64,000 bases of DNA from positions 2,356,001-2,420,000 of the forward strand of contig CAKKNE010000002.1 in assembly GCA_918797485.1 (NCBI GenBank), read 5' to 3'. This DNA comes from Pelagomonas calceolata (taxonomy: Eukaryota). Both the position numbers and the translations under genes were made by a program. The notes below the pieces were generated by a model, which was given only the letters and a program-made list of their open reading frames with translations, made no database searches and was not told the DNA's origin. This document shows, in pieces, positions 1 to 8,797 of the stretch. The stretch's first letter is position 1, and every line of letters begins with the position of its first letter.

Positions 1-676
1 CCGCCGTCGCCAGGCAGGGGACGCTCTCGTCCGGGCCCGTGGCGAGGGCCGCGCCGCGCCGCGGCGCCTGGACGCGTGTTATGCGGCCGCCCGGCGCCGC
101 GTGGACGCACTCCTTGACGGCCCGGATCAGGTCGTCGCGCGTCGACCGCACGGACGCGGCGCACCGGCGGACGCTCGACTCCTGCGCGCGGCGCCGGCGG
201 GCGCCCGGCTCGAGCGCCGCGCAGCTCGCGACGTGCTGCCGCCACGTCTCCGCGCGCCGGCGCGACGTCGCCGCGAGCAGCACCTTCGCGCCGCCGGCGC
301 GCTGCACGCGCGGCGCGACGGCCGCGAGCAGCGCGGCAGCGAGCGCGAGCAGCGCGGCGCCGGCGAGGGCGAGGCTCGCCGTCGCCGCCGCGCCGGCGGC
401 GAGCGCGGCCGCCGCCGCCGCCGGCAGGAACGACCGCGGCGGCGGCGCGTCCGTGACGACGGAAAACCGGTGCGTGCCGTCGCGCGCGCCGTCGACTCTG
501 CCGACAGACGCACCGCGGAGCTGAAGGACACAACACGGGGCATCAAACTTCTCATCCGTAAAACAGAAAAGCTGGCGCTCGTCGACGGCCAGCACGACGT
601 AGGCGCGCGCCCACTCTGGCCGCTGCGTTTGGGCATTTTTTTGACGGATGAGGAGCTCGCCTTGCTGGGTGGTCAT
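1..676 (-). CDS. PH-domain protein, 3' end runs off the window
   Basis: Not in the ORF track (no stop in window). From ATG 676: MTTQQGELLIRQK...EWARAYVVLAVDERQLFCFTDEKFDAPCCVLQLRGASV...HRFSVVT...VLLAATSRRRAETWRQHV, a PH-like strand pattern with the C-terminal Trp helix. Confidence 0.55.
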   Translation of the reverse strand, partial: MTTQQGELLIRQKNAQTQRPEWARAYVVLAVDERQLFCFTDEKFDAPCCVLQLRGASVGRVDGARDGTHRFSVVTDAPPPRSFLPAAAAAALAAGAAATASLALAGAALLALAAALLAAVAPRVQRAGGAKVLLAATSRRRAETWRQHVASCAALEPGARRRRAQESSVRRCAASVRSTRDDLIRAVKECVHAAPGGRITRVQAPRRGAALATGPDESVPCLATA

Positions 677-976
677 ATTTGTTGGAAGTGTTATTGCTGC
701 CCAGCGGTTTTATCTCCGAGCGCTGCACCAGGAGCACCGTTTGCGGCTTCGTATCGATGTGTGCTCGTCGTGTGAACTGTTCACGCGCGCGCGGCGCGCG
801 GCGCGCAGGCTAAGCCTCCCCGGCGCGCCGGCTCATCATCCTCCGCGCCGGGATCGCAGCTAACCCATCGTGGAGGGGTCGGAGAGGGTATGAAGGGTCG
901 GGACGTGCAATCCACGCGTCTTCGGCGCCCTTTTCACGGGTTTTGTCTAAATGAGGATTGGCTCAAAGACGGCAAA

Positions 977-1558
977 ATGGCATCGCGAACGCTCGTAGCA
1001 GCTTGTCTGCTTTCCGTGGCGGCTGCGTACAGTCCCAGCGTCCACCTGGCGAACTCCGCTACTGAAATGATTGGGTAGCCGTCGTGTACAAGCTGGAGTA
1101 GTAGAGCGCCAGCCGGCGGGCTATTTAGGGCCGCGAAGGCACAGCGAGCACACCAATTGCCGCCACGCGACCGCGCGGCCACTGCTCATGCAGCGAGAAG
1201 CGGTCGCGAGACTGAGGCTTCGCACGGCGAGACGTCCGCCGCGCCGCCGCCGACTCGGACGCTTCTTAACCGCTTCCTGGACACCACCCTAAACGCCCCT
1301 ACCCCGCCGCGCAGGTTCGTCGCGCCGCAGGGCGCCGTCGCACGAAGCGCGCCGCTCCTCGCGGAGAAGGCCGCGTCCTCGGTGAGCGTCGCGCAGGTCG
1401 GCCAGGCCGCCGCCGCGACGACGCTGCTCGCCGCGCTGCCGGCGAACGCGTTCTCGGCGGCCTACCTGCCGGCGATCCTCGTGCCCGTCATGTGCCTGGT
1501 CATGCCGGTCCTCGGCATGGGCCTTTTCACCCTCCTCACGCAGAAGGAGGAGATCTAG
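977..1558 (+). CDS. psaI: Nucleus-encoded photosystem I subunit VIII (PsaI)-like precursor; join(977..1026,1315..1558)
   Basis: C-terminal SAAYLPAILVPVMCLVMPVLGMGLFTLLTQKEEI matches the PsaI pattern LPxILVPxxxLxxPxxxMxLF. GT..CAG intron 1027-1314 creates a signal cleavage site VAAA-FVAP. An alternative same-phase donor exists at 1075. Confidence 0.75.
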
Positions 1559-1891
1559 GTGTTCCGAGCTGTAAAATTGGAGGTTCCCAAAATCGACTTC
1601 CTGCTGCTCCCTTACAGTTAGGCAGCTGGCACTCGTCTCACAATAATGCTGCGCGGCTAATTAAATCGTCGAAAAACAGGTTTTGTGAGCCAAAGTCGCG
1701 CCCGTCGCTGCCTTGCCATACGCCTCCACGTGCTCGCTGTATTGATTCTGACCTGTTTTTAGCGTGCAAGCAGTGGGGCGAACTTATTACGGTACACCGC
1801 TGCCGCAACAGCAGCGACAGAGCGACAGACACTTTGCTGCCGTCGCCGCGGCCGCGTGTCTCGGTGCCGCAAGCGCCGCGACGCGTAAGCG

Positions 1892-2332
1892 ATGGCCGGC
1901 GTCGTCTTCCAGGACGATTTCGAGGTCGCGCAAATCAACCCGGAGGGCGCCAAGTTCGAGAAGGTGAATCGTCTCGTGTGCAAGGGCGTCGTCTACGAGA
2001 TCGAGTTCCTGATCGACGTGAACTCCGAACTCTTTGAGTGCGAGGAGGGCGACAAGCTCACGGTCGCGCTCGCGACGTCGCTGAGCGTGGACGGCGTCTC
2101 CGAGGCGAAGGCGATCGACTACGCGCGCGGCGCCAAGGCCTCGCTGCTGGACCAGTTCGACTACGCCATGCACGGCACGGTGTACAAGTTCGAGCACGTA
2201 AAAGACACGAAGGTGGAGGCTTACGTGTCGCACGGCGGGCTGCTCGCGCGGTTCCGCGGCGACCAGCGGCATCTGAAGAAGCTGAAGGTCGACGCGGAGG
2301 TGTACACGCTGCTGCGCAAGGGGTCGGCATAG
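1892..2332 (+). CDS. RPB8: RNA polymerases I/II/III shared subunit RPABC3
   Basis: FQDDFEV..INPEGAKFEKVNRL, LIDVNSE, SLLDQFDYAMHGTVYKF, YVSHGGLL motifs; 146 aa. Confidence 0.93.
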   Translation: MAGVVFQDDFEVAQINPEGAKFEKVNRLVCKGVVYEIEFLIDVNSELFECEEGDKLTVALATSLSVDGVSEAKAIDYARGAKASLLDQFDYAMHGTVYKFEHVKDTKVEAYVSHGGLLARFRGDQRHLKKLKVDAEVYTLLRKGSA

Positions 2333-2371
2333 CGTCGCTTTAAGTTTAGTCTCGTAGTGGATAGAGTGGTG

Positions 2372-2886
2372 CCAAAAGGTTCTTTAAAGAACCTTTTGGA
2401 ATAGGGGCAACCCGCACCTTTTTTAAAGATTGCACGTGAGGTTCTGAGAAACTTTTCGGGACCTCGCGTCAGATCATGAAAGGTTTCTGAGAACCAAAAG
2501 ACCCCTTACATTTTTGTTTATAATGAGGTGTAAGGGGTCTGGAGGTTCTGAGAAACTTTTCGGGACCATCGGCGAATGAGATGACGACTGCCCGAAAGGT
2601 TTCTTAGGTCCCGAAATCAGAACCTCCAGACCCCCCACACCTCATTATAAACAAAAATGTAAGGGGTCTTTTGGTTCTCAGAAACCTTTCAGGATCTGAC
2701 GCGCAGGGGCGCGCGGGTTCCCCCAAACCTAAGGCACGCGCGAACCTGGATGGTGGCCTGAAGTTAGCGCGAACCCTAGGCGCACGTGCGCGGTCGATTC
2801 CGGCCACGTGCGGGTTGGTCACGTGCAATCTTTAAAAAAGGTGCGGGTTGCCCCTATTCCAAAAGGTTCTTTAAAGAACCTTTTGG
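2372..2886. mobile_element. Non-autonomous foldback/MITE-like element, 515 bp
   Basis: 68-bp TIRs at 2372-2439 and 2819-2886; direct GGTG flanks at 2368-2371 and 2887-2890; inner 87-bp inverted repeat at 2465-2551 and 2617-2703; AT-rich relative to flanks. Confidence 0.85.
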
Positions 2887-3123
2887 GGTGGAAGAGAGGA
2901 GTATGAAGAGAGGCCCACAAGCTCGCGCGCGATGACGCGAACCTGCCGCGTCCACGCACACGCTGCCCGGCCCGGAAGACTCTTCCGGACCCGTCCACGG
3001 GCGTCGACGGCGCGCTCCGCGGACGACGCGCGCCGCGCACAAGTCCGCTGCAGACATCTTCGAGCTTCGCCTCTGTTAAGGGCCAAAAGCGCCGCGTCGC
3101 GAGCGGAGGGCTGCCGCGCCGCG

Positions 3124-3777
3124 ATGGCGCGCTACTACGGCGCGGCCCTGGCGGCGCTGGCCGTCGCCGGCGCCCAGGACGTCTCCCGGGAGTGCAAGAT
3201 GAAATGTAACGAGGCGCTGGGCAACCTGCCGCAGGCCCTGGACTGCCGCGACTGGCGCATGATGCTGCCCCGGCCCAAGGTCGGAAAGGCGTGCACGCAG
3301 GCGTACGACGACGCCGCCTTCGCGGTCTGCACGGCGCGGTGCGAGGGCCGCGAGCCGCCGCGCAAGGAGGCGTTGACGGGCAACTTCTGCCGCGAGTACA
3401 CCGCCAAGACGCCGAAGCCCACGATGGGCAAGAGCTGCCGGAGCGGCTACGCCAAGGGCTTCGACAAGGGGCTCTTAATTGACGTGGGCCGGAGCGCGCC
3501 GGAGCCGGCCAAGCCGGAACCGAAGCGCGCGCCGGAGCCCGAGCCCGAGCCCGAGCCGGAAAAGCGGGAGGCGCCGCCGTCGCCGGAGCCCGCGAGCACC
3601 GAGCCCAAGCTGCTCGTTTCGCTGCCTGTTACGGTTGACGACCAGGAGATTTACCTCCAGGTCTTCGAGGGCGAGGACCACATGAAGAAGATCGAGGCCT
3701 TCTGCATGCAGTACATGGCCGACAGCTCGAGCTCGTGCGTGACGCAGCTCACGCCCCACGTCGAGAAGAAGCTCTAG
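3124..3777 (+). CDS. Secreted Cys-rich hypothetical protein
   Basis: Signal peptide MARYYGAALAALAVAGA, Cys-rich domain, PE-rich linker, host-like codon usage. Confidence 0.7.
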   Translation: MARYYGAALAALAVAGAQDVSRECKMKCNEALGNLPQALDCRDWRMMLPRPKVGKACTQAYDDAAFAVCTARCEGREPPRKEALTGNFCREYTAKTPKPTMGKSCRSGYAKGFDKGLLIDVGRSAPEPAKPEPKRAPEPEPEPEPEKREAPPSPEPASTEPKLLVSLPVTVDDQEIYLQVFEGEDHMKKIEAFCMQYMADSSSSCVTQLTPHVEKKL

Positions 3778-3883
3778 CCGCCCGGTCGTCCGACCGCCGC
3801 CCCCGGGTAACGACCGTGTGTCAATACTTCTTCCCATGATTATGTGCACTCGGAAAATTTCGTCGGATGCGCCGGGTGTCGAG

Positions 3884-5140
3884 TCACGACCGCGAGAGTC
3901 TCTCGAAAAGCGGCGTGAGCGGCTTCGTCAGGTCCACGCCCGGGAACGGGTCGTAGAGCGACCGCTCGATCTGCGCGGCGAGCGCGGCGGCCGCGACGGT
4001 CGAGACCTGGGGCGCGGGCCGCCGCACGCGGCCGCACTCGATCAGACCCCTCAGTCGGTAGACCTCCTTGCGGATCCCGACGCCCGGCTGCTGCTCGAAA
4101 ACCAACAGGGGCAGGAACTGCGCGTAGATGGCGTGCGCCCGTTCGACGTTGCCCGCGCGCGCCGCGCCGTCGATCGCCTGTGTGGAAATCAAATTTCGCA
4201 TGCCCCACGCCATCGACGCGTCGTCCTCCCCGTAACAGCATCTGCTCGATGGCGTGTAGATTGCAACGCAGTCGATCGCCATCAGAACCTCTGGAAAGGC
4301 AAAGCCGGTCATGAAGCCGTCCGTGCCTTGCTCGACATCAAACCCGCCGTAGAGCGCCCCGAGCCCGGTCAGAATCGAACATTCAGGGAAGGCCGGGGGC
4401 TGCGCCGCCCAAGCCTTGCGCAACGCCGCGATCTTGGGCGGCGTCGGCACCTGTGCGCAAATGAACCCGTGCGTCGGGTGCGCCAAGTGAGGAGCCAGAG
4501 AAGCGCCGCGACATTTGACTTATGCACTGGTCGGCACGGCCTCGAGCTTGATGCACTGTACCGAGGCGAGGTGCGCGCATATCTGCACCAATAGCTCCGC
4601 ACCCATGAACACGCCCGTACTTGCAGGGTGGTCCTGCAGCACGATTGGCAGCGCGCAGCCGTCCTGCACGGCGGCGAAGTAGTCGAAAAGCTGCGCGTCC
4701 GACTGCGGGAAGGCCTCTTTGGTGGGCGTGACCATGACTGAATGCGCGCCTAGGTCTTGGGCCATTTGCGCCAAATCCACCGTGGCCCGCGTGCCCGCGT
4801 GAGACACGCCGACGCAGATTGGCATCGCGCCCGCCGCGCCGACGGCCGTCTCCACGAGTTGAGCGCGCTCCGCGTCCGTGAGCCGGTTCGACTCGCCTAG
4901 CACGCCGCACACTGTTGCGCCCGATGCGCCGCACTCCCGGAAGAAACGGATGCTCTTCGCGAAGCCCTCGAGGTCGAGCGCCTCGTCGTCGTGGAACGGC
5001 GTCGCGACGATGGGCCAGACGCCCTGGAAACTCTTGCTGCCGCTGGTGTTGCTTTGAAACCTATGGCTGCTGCTGGTGCCGGCCAAAGTCCTGCGCCTGA
5101 CTCGCGTCAGCTTCGCCAGCGCGCGCATGCTGCCGCGCAT
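3884..5140 (-). CDS. DHDPS/NAL-family (class I aldolase fold) lyase; join(5140..4538,4450..4280,4177..3884)
   Basis: GVWPIVATPF, GVLGESNRLTDAER, LQDHP, Schiff-base IKLE, GFMTGFAFPE. Removing two introner introns gives a continuous frame (KLEA|VPTPPKI; EVLM|AIDGA). Arg-rich, mitochondrial-like N-terminus. Confidence 0.85.
4178..4271. mobile_element. Introner element (GC-AG intron 4178-4279 on minus, 102 nt, in frame)
   Basis: Ends CTGTGTGGAAATC / degenerate GATTGCAACGCAG; perfect 8-bp TSD TCGATCGC at 4170-4177 and 4272-4279. Confidence 0.9.
4451..4529. mobile_element. Introner element, divergent subfamily (GT-AG intron 4451-4537 on minus, 87 nt)
   Basis: Ends CTGTGCGCAAATGAA / TTGACTTATGCACTG; perfect TSD GTCGGCAC at 4443-4450 and 4530-4537; splicing removes an in-frame stop. 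Confidence 0.88.
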
Positions 5141-5451
5141 GCAGCCTCCTTTGTGTCTACAAGTGTGGGAGGCTGCTTTCCTGAACACTCGCGCGCCGCA
5201 GTGGTGGGAAACACGCAAGTTCAGTATTGCGCGGTTCGATACAGACCACCCGCTCGAACCTCTGCCTTTGCTTGGCGGACCAGGCGAGTTGGCAGCTAGC
5301 TCTCCCAGCCTCGGCCACCACACCGGCACGCGCAGTCCTAGTCCGCCTCCTAACAAATCAGAGCGCCAGACGCAATCGACGCGTGCCAGAATCCACCCTT
5401 GCGTGAAACCCGAAGCGCCGACAGCACACAGAGCAAAAGCCCACGGAGAGC

Positions 5452-7101
5452 ATGCTGTCGCAGAGCCTCCAGAAGCTCGCGCGCCGCGCCGTGGCGCCGA
5501 CCAGGAGGACCTTCCAAAAGGGCGCGCTCCCGGCCTGGGCCACCGTCGACCCGTGGGCCATGTCCGGCGCGGCGCCGGCGAAGGGCCGGAACTTCGTCGA
5601 CGGCGAGTGGCGCGACGCCGCGCACACGAAGACGATCCCGGACCCGCTGAACGGCGAGGCCTTTCTCGAGGTGCCCGACGCGCAGGGCGCGGACCTGGAC
5701 CCCTTCGTCGACGCGATGCGCCGCACGCCGAAGTCGGGCCTCCACAACCCGCTCAAGGCTCCGGAGAAATACTTCGAACTGGGCGAGTGCAACGCGCTCA
5801 TCGGCGCCGCGCTCCGGGACGAAGACACGCAGAACTTCTTCGCCGAGCTGCTGCAGCGCGTCGTCCCGAAGCACGACAAGCAGGTGTTGGGGGAGGTCAC
5901 GACGGTGCGCAAGTGGGTCGAGGGCTTTGCCGGTGATGGGGTCCGGCGCCTCGCCCAGGCGACGTCGCTCCCGGGCGACCACGCGGGCCAGGAGACGCGG
6001 TCCTACCGCTGGCCCTACGGGGCGACGTCCGTGATCACGCCGTTCAACTTCCCCCTGGAGATCCCGGCCCTCCAGTCGCTCGCGTCGGTGTGGATGGGCA
6101 ACAAGTGCACCGTGAAGATCGACGAGCGCGTCCAGATCGTCTACGAGCAGTTCCTGCGGCTCTGCCACGCGTGCGGCTTCCCGAAGGACGCCTTGGATTT
6201 GATCTACTGCTCGGGGCCGGCCTTCAACGACGTGCTCATCCGGGGCGACGCCAAGATGACGCTCTTCACGGGGAGCCAGGCCGTGGCCGAGAAGCTCACG
6301 CTCGACCTCCGCGGCAAGGTCAAGCTCGAGGACGCGGGCTTCGACTGGAAGATCCTGGGGCCGGACGTCGACGACTTTGAGTACGTGGCCTGGCAGGCGG
6401 ACCAGGACGCGTACGCGTTCTCGGGCCAGAAGTGCTCCGCGCAGTCGATCTGCTTCGTCCACGAGAACTGGGAGGCGGCGGGCTTCACGGCGAAGATTAA
6501 GGAAACGGCCGCGCAGCGCAACGTGGGCGACCTCTCCGCGGGGCCCGTGCTGTCCTGGTCCACGGACAAGATGCTGGACCACGTCGGGAAGGTCGCGGCG
6601 CTGCCCGGCGCGAAGGTCGTCTTCGGCGGCCGGAAGCTCGCGGGGTCCGAGGCCTTCCACGCGGCCTACGGGGGCCTCGAGCCGACGGCCGTCGAGGTGC
6701 CGCTGGCCACGATGCTGGCGTCGCCCGAGACCTTCGAGCTCGTGACGACGGAGCTCTTCGGCCCCTTCCAGGTCCTCGTGCCCTACGCCTCGGCGGAGCT
6801 GCCGGCCGTGCTCGAGGCCTGCGAGCGCATGACGAACCACCTCACGGCGGCCGTGGTCTCGAACGACGCGAACTTCGCCAACGCCGTGCTCGGCGCGACG
6901 GTCAACGGCACGGTCTACGCGGGCCGCCGCGCCCGCACGACGGGCGCCCCGCAGAACCACTGGTTCGGCCCCTGCGGCGACCCGCGCAGCGCCGGCATCC
7001 ACACGCCGGACGCGATCCGGCTCTGCTGGTCCTCGCACCGCGAGGTCATCGCCGACGTCGGGCCGGTCGGCCACGACTGGACGGCGCCCGCCCCCACGTG
7101 A
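5452..7101 (+). CDS. ALDH12: Delta-1-pyrroline-5-carboxylate dehydrogenase, ALDH12 (plant-type), mitochondrial
   Basis: PKSGLHNP, ITPFNFPLEIP, LFTGS, KLEDAGFDWKILGPD, SGQKCSAQS, ELFGPFQ, TTGAPQNHWFGP. Confidence 0.93.
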   Translation: MLSQSLQKLARRAVAPTRRTFQKGALPAWATVDPWAMSGAAPAKGRNFVDGEWRDAAHTKTIPDPLNGEAFLEVPDAQGADLDPFVDAMRRTPKSGLHNPLKAPEKYFELGECNALIGAALRDEDTQNFFAELLQRVVPKHDKQVLGEVTTVRKWVEGFAGDGVRRLAQATSLPGDHAGQETRSYRWPYGATSVITPFNFPLEIPALQSLASVWMGNKCTVKIDERVQIVYEQFLRLCHACGFPKDALDLIYCSGPAFNDVLIRGDAKMTLFTGSQAVAEKLTLDLRGKVKLEDAGFDWKILGPDVDDFEYVAWQADQDAYAFSGQKCSAQSICFVHENWEAAGFTAKIKETAAQRNVGDLSAGPVLSWSTDKMLDHVGKVAALPGAKVVFGGRKLAGSEAFHAAYGGLEPTAVEVPLATMLASPETFELVTTELFGPFQVLVPYASAELPAVLEACERMTNHLTAAVVSNDANFANAVLGATVNGTVYAGRRARTTGAPQNHWFGPCGDPRSAGIHTPDAIRLCWSSHREVIADVGPVGHDWTAPAPT

Positions 7102-7121
7102 CGTAAATCATTCAAGTTAGA

Positions 7122-7727
7122 TTAGCCGATGGCGGAGGACGCGCGGGGCAGGGCCCGAGGCCCCGTCAGCGGTCGTAGGTCGCAGAACCGCGTCGCCTCG
7201 TCCCGCTCGAAGTAGAAGAGCTCCGTGATCTGCCGGCGCCACCGCCACAGGAGCACGAGCGTGAGCAACAACAGGGACGACGAGACGAGGGCGTGGACCA
7301 CGTCGAAAATGATCCAGCAGTAGAAGATGCCCGTCCACACCGTCGCGGCGATGCCGAGCCAGAACAGCCCGAAGACGTGCCGTCGCAGCGAGTAGATCGA
7401 GTCCACCGACCGCACGATGCTCCCGTCCGCGCCGCGCATCGACAGCGACGTGCCGCAGACGCTCAGCATCGTCGTGGTCGCGATGCACAGGATGTTCGCC
7501 GAGAGCTGCAGCATCGTGCACGTGTAAAAGCCGAAGAGCAGGAAGGCGTGCGTCTCCTCGTGCGTGTGAAACTTGACGAGCGCCGCGAAGCCGAACCCGG
7601 CCAGCACCGAGGCTTGCGTCGAGACGGTCGTCAGGTTCAGGTGGTGCAGCGAGAACTCCTTCCATTTCAAGCGCGTGACGCCGCGCGCCAACTTGCCCTC
7701 GAGGTAGAGCTTGTCGGCCGCGAGCAT
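7122..7727 (-). CDS. Orai-like four-TM membrane protein
   Basis: TQASVLAGFGFAALVKF resembles Orai TM1 (TSALLSGFAMVAMVE); four hydrophobic segments. Confidence 0.55.
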   Translation of the reverse strand: MLAADKLYLEGKLARGVTRLKWKEFSLHHLNLTTVSTQASVLAGFGFAALVKFHTHEETHAFLLFGFYTCTMLQLSANILCIATTTMLSVCGTSLSMRGADGSIVRSVDSIYSLRRHVFGLFWLGIAATVWTGIFYCWIIFDVVHALVSSSLLLLTLVLLWRWRRQITELFYFERDEATRFCDLRPLTGPRALPRASSAIG

Positions 7728-7929
7728 GGTGTTTGCTCCAACAGAGGCTCTCCTATTGTCCTACGAGGGTGCAATGCCTCTCAGAGATGGTGTCCTCACC
7801 CGTCTGTTAAATTCCAAACGTCAGGTGAGAGGCAGGTTTTCCAGCGTCTGAGCACGTCTAGTGATGCGCAGTGATTGCGTACAGCCGCGCTCCTGAGCGC
7901 TCGGCTTTTTGCCAGGGCTGCTGGCATTC

Positions 7930-7951
7930 CTAGTGTCTTACAGGCCGCTAG
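7930..7951 (-). promoter_or_regulatory. TGTAAGACACTAG motif, copy 1
   Basis: CTAGTGTCTTACAGGCCGCTAG on +, ~200 bp upstream of the minus-strand ATG at 7727. Confidence 0.55.
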
Positions 7952-7958
7952 CTCATAC

Positions 7959-8405
7959 TTAGTCGCGCCGCGCCGAGCTCTTCAACCGTTGCGCACGTCT
8001 CCGTTTCCGGACCTTGTGCTTGTTCATCATCTTCTTGCGCCGCTTCATCGTCGACTCGCCGCGCGCCGGGACGAGGGTCGTCGGTCGCGGCGGCGCGAGA
8101 CGAGGCGTCGTCGCCAGCGCGTGCAGCGCGCGGCGCGCGAGTGGTGCTCCGCCAAAGAACGATAGAGTTGCGTCCGGCCGCCGCGCCGGCGCTGTGCGCG
8201 CGGCGGGGCCCGCGACAAGCGCGAACGGCGTAGCGCTATTCCAGAGCGGCAGCGCCGGCACGGCTAGTGCGCGCGCGGGCGACCGCGTGCAGCCGCGGGC
8301 AACGAGCTGCGCCCTGGCGTGGAGTGCTGCTCGACTCACTGGCGCTGATGCTTGCCGCAGCGAAGGCGCAGCAAGGAATCGTCGTGCAGCGTGCATGGCG
8401 TGCAT
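7959..8405 (-). CDS. Mitochondrial mS38/COX24/AURKAIP1-like protein (DUF1713)
   Basis: C-terminal STMKRRKKMMNKHKVRKRRRAQR after an Arg/Ala-rich presequence; start codon uncertain. Confidence 0.75.
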   Translation of the reverse strand: MHAMHAARRFLAAPSLRQASAPVSRAALHARAQLVARGCTRSPARALAVPALPLWNSATPFALVAGPAARTAPARRPDATLSFFGGAPLARRALHALATTPRLAPPRPTTLVPARGESTMKRRKKMMNKHKVRKRRRAQRLKSSARRD

Positions 8406-8680
8406 GACGCGAATGTAATGGCCCGCTGCGGCCAAGCGGTGCGGTACGCTTGCTCCAGTCTCGAGTACGCGTAAAGCCGGTGTCGTAACTCGCGGGTTTA
8501 AGGTATTTCCTGTCAGAGCTCTCTGCGAGTTATCCGCCGAGCAAGGAGCCGGCATCGAACCTTCGGTTGCCGGGGAGCGTCCTAGGAGGCCTAATAGCTG
8601 CCTGGCAAAAGTAAAGGCTGTAGCGCCGCAGTCTGTAAGCGCCACCGCAAGCTCGGAGGGCCAGCCGTGAGGCTGCCGGA

Positions 8681-8794
8681 GCTAGCTTAGCGGAGCCCAG
8701 AGAGGCAGAGGGCAGCCAAAAAAGCGCCGGCCTCAGGCTCGGGCTAGCTCAGCGGAGCCCAGAGAGGTCGAGGGCAGCCAAAAGAGCGCCGGCC
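8681..8794. repeat. Two ~52-bp direct copies (period 62) immediately upstream of the CFAP47 ATG
   Basis: GCTAGCTYAGCGGAGCCCAGAGAGG..GAGGGCAGCCAAAARAGCGCCGGCC at 8681-8732 and 8743-8794. Confidence 0.85.
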
Positions 8795-8797
8795 ACG

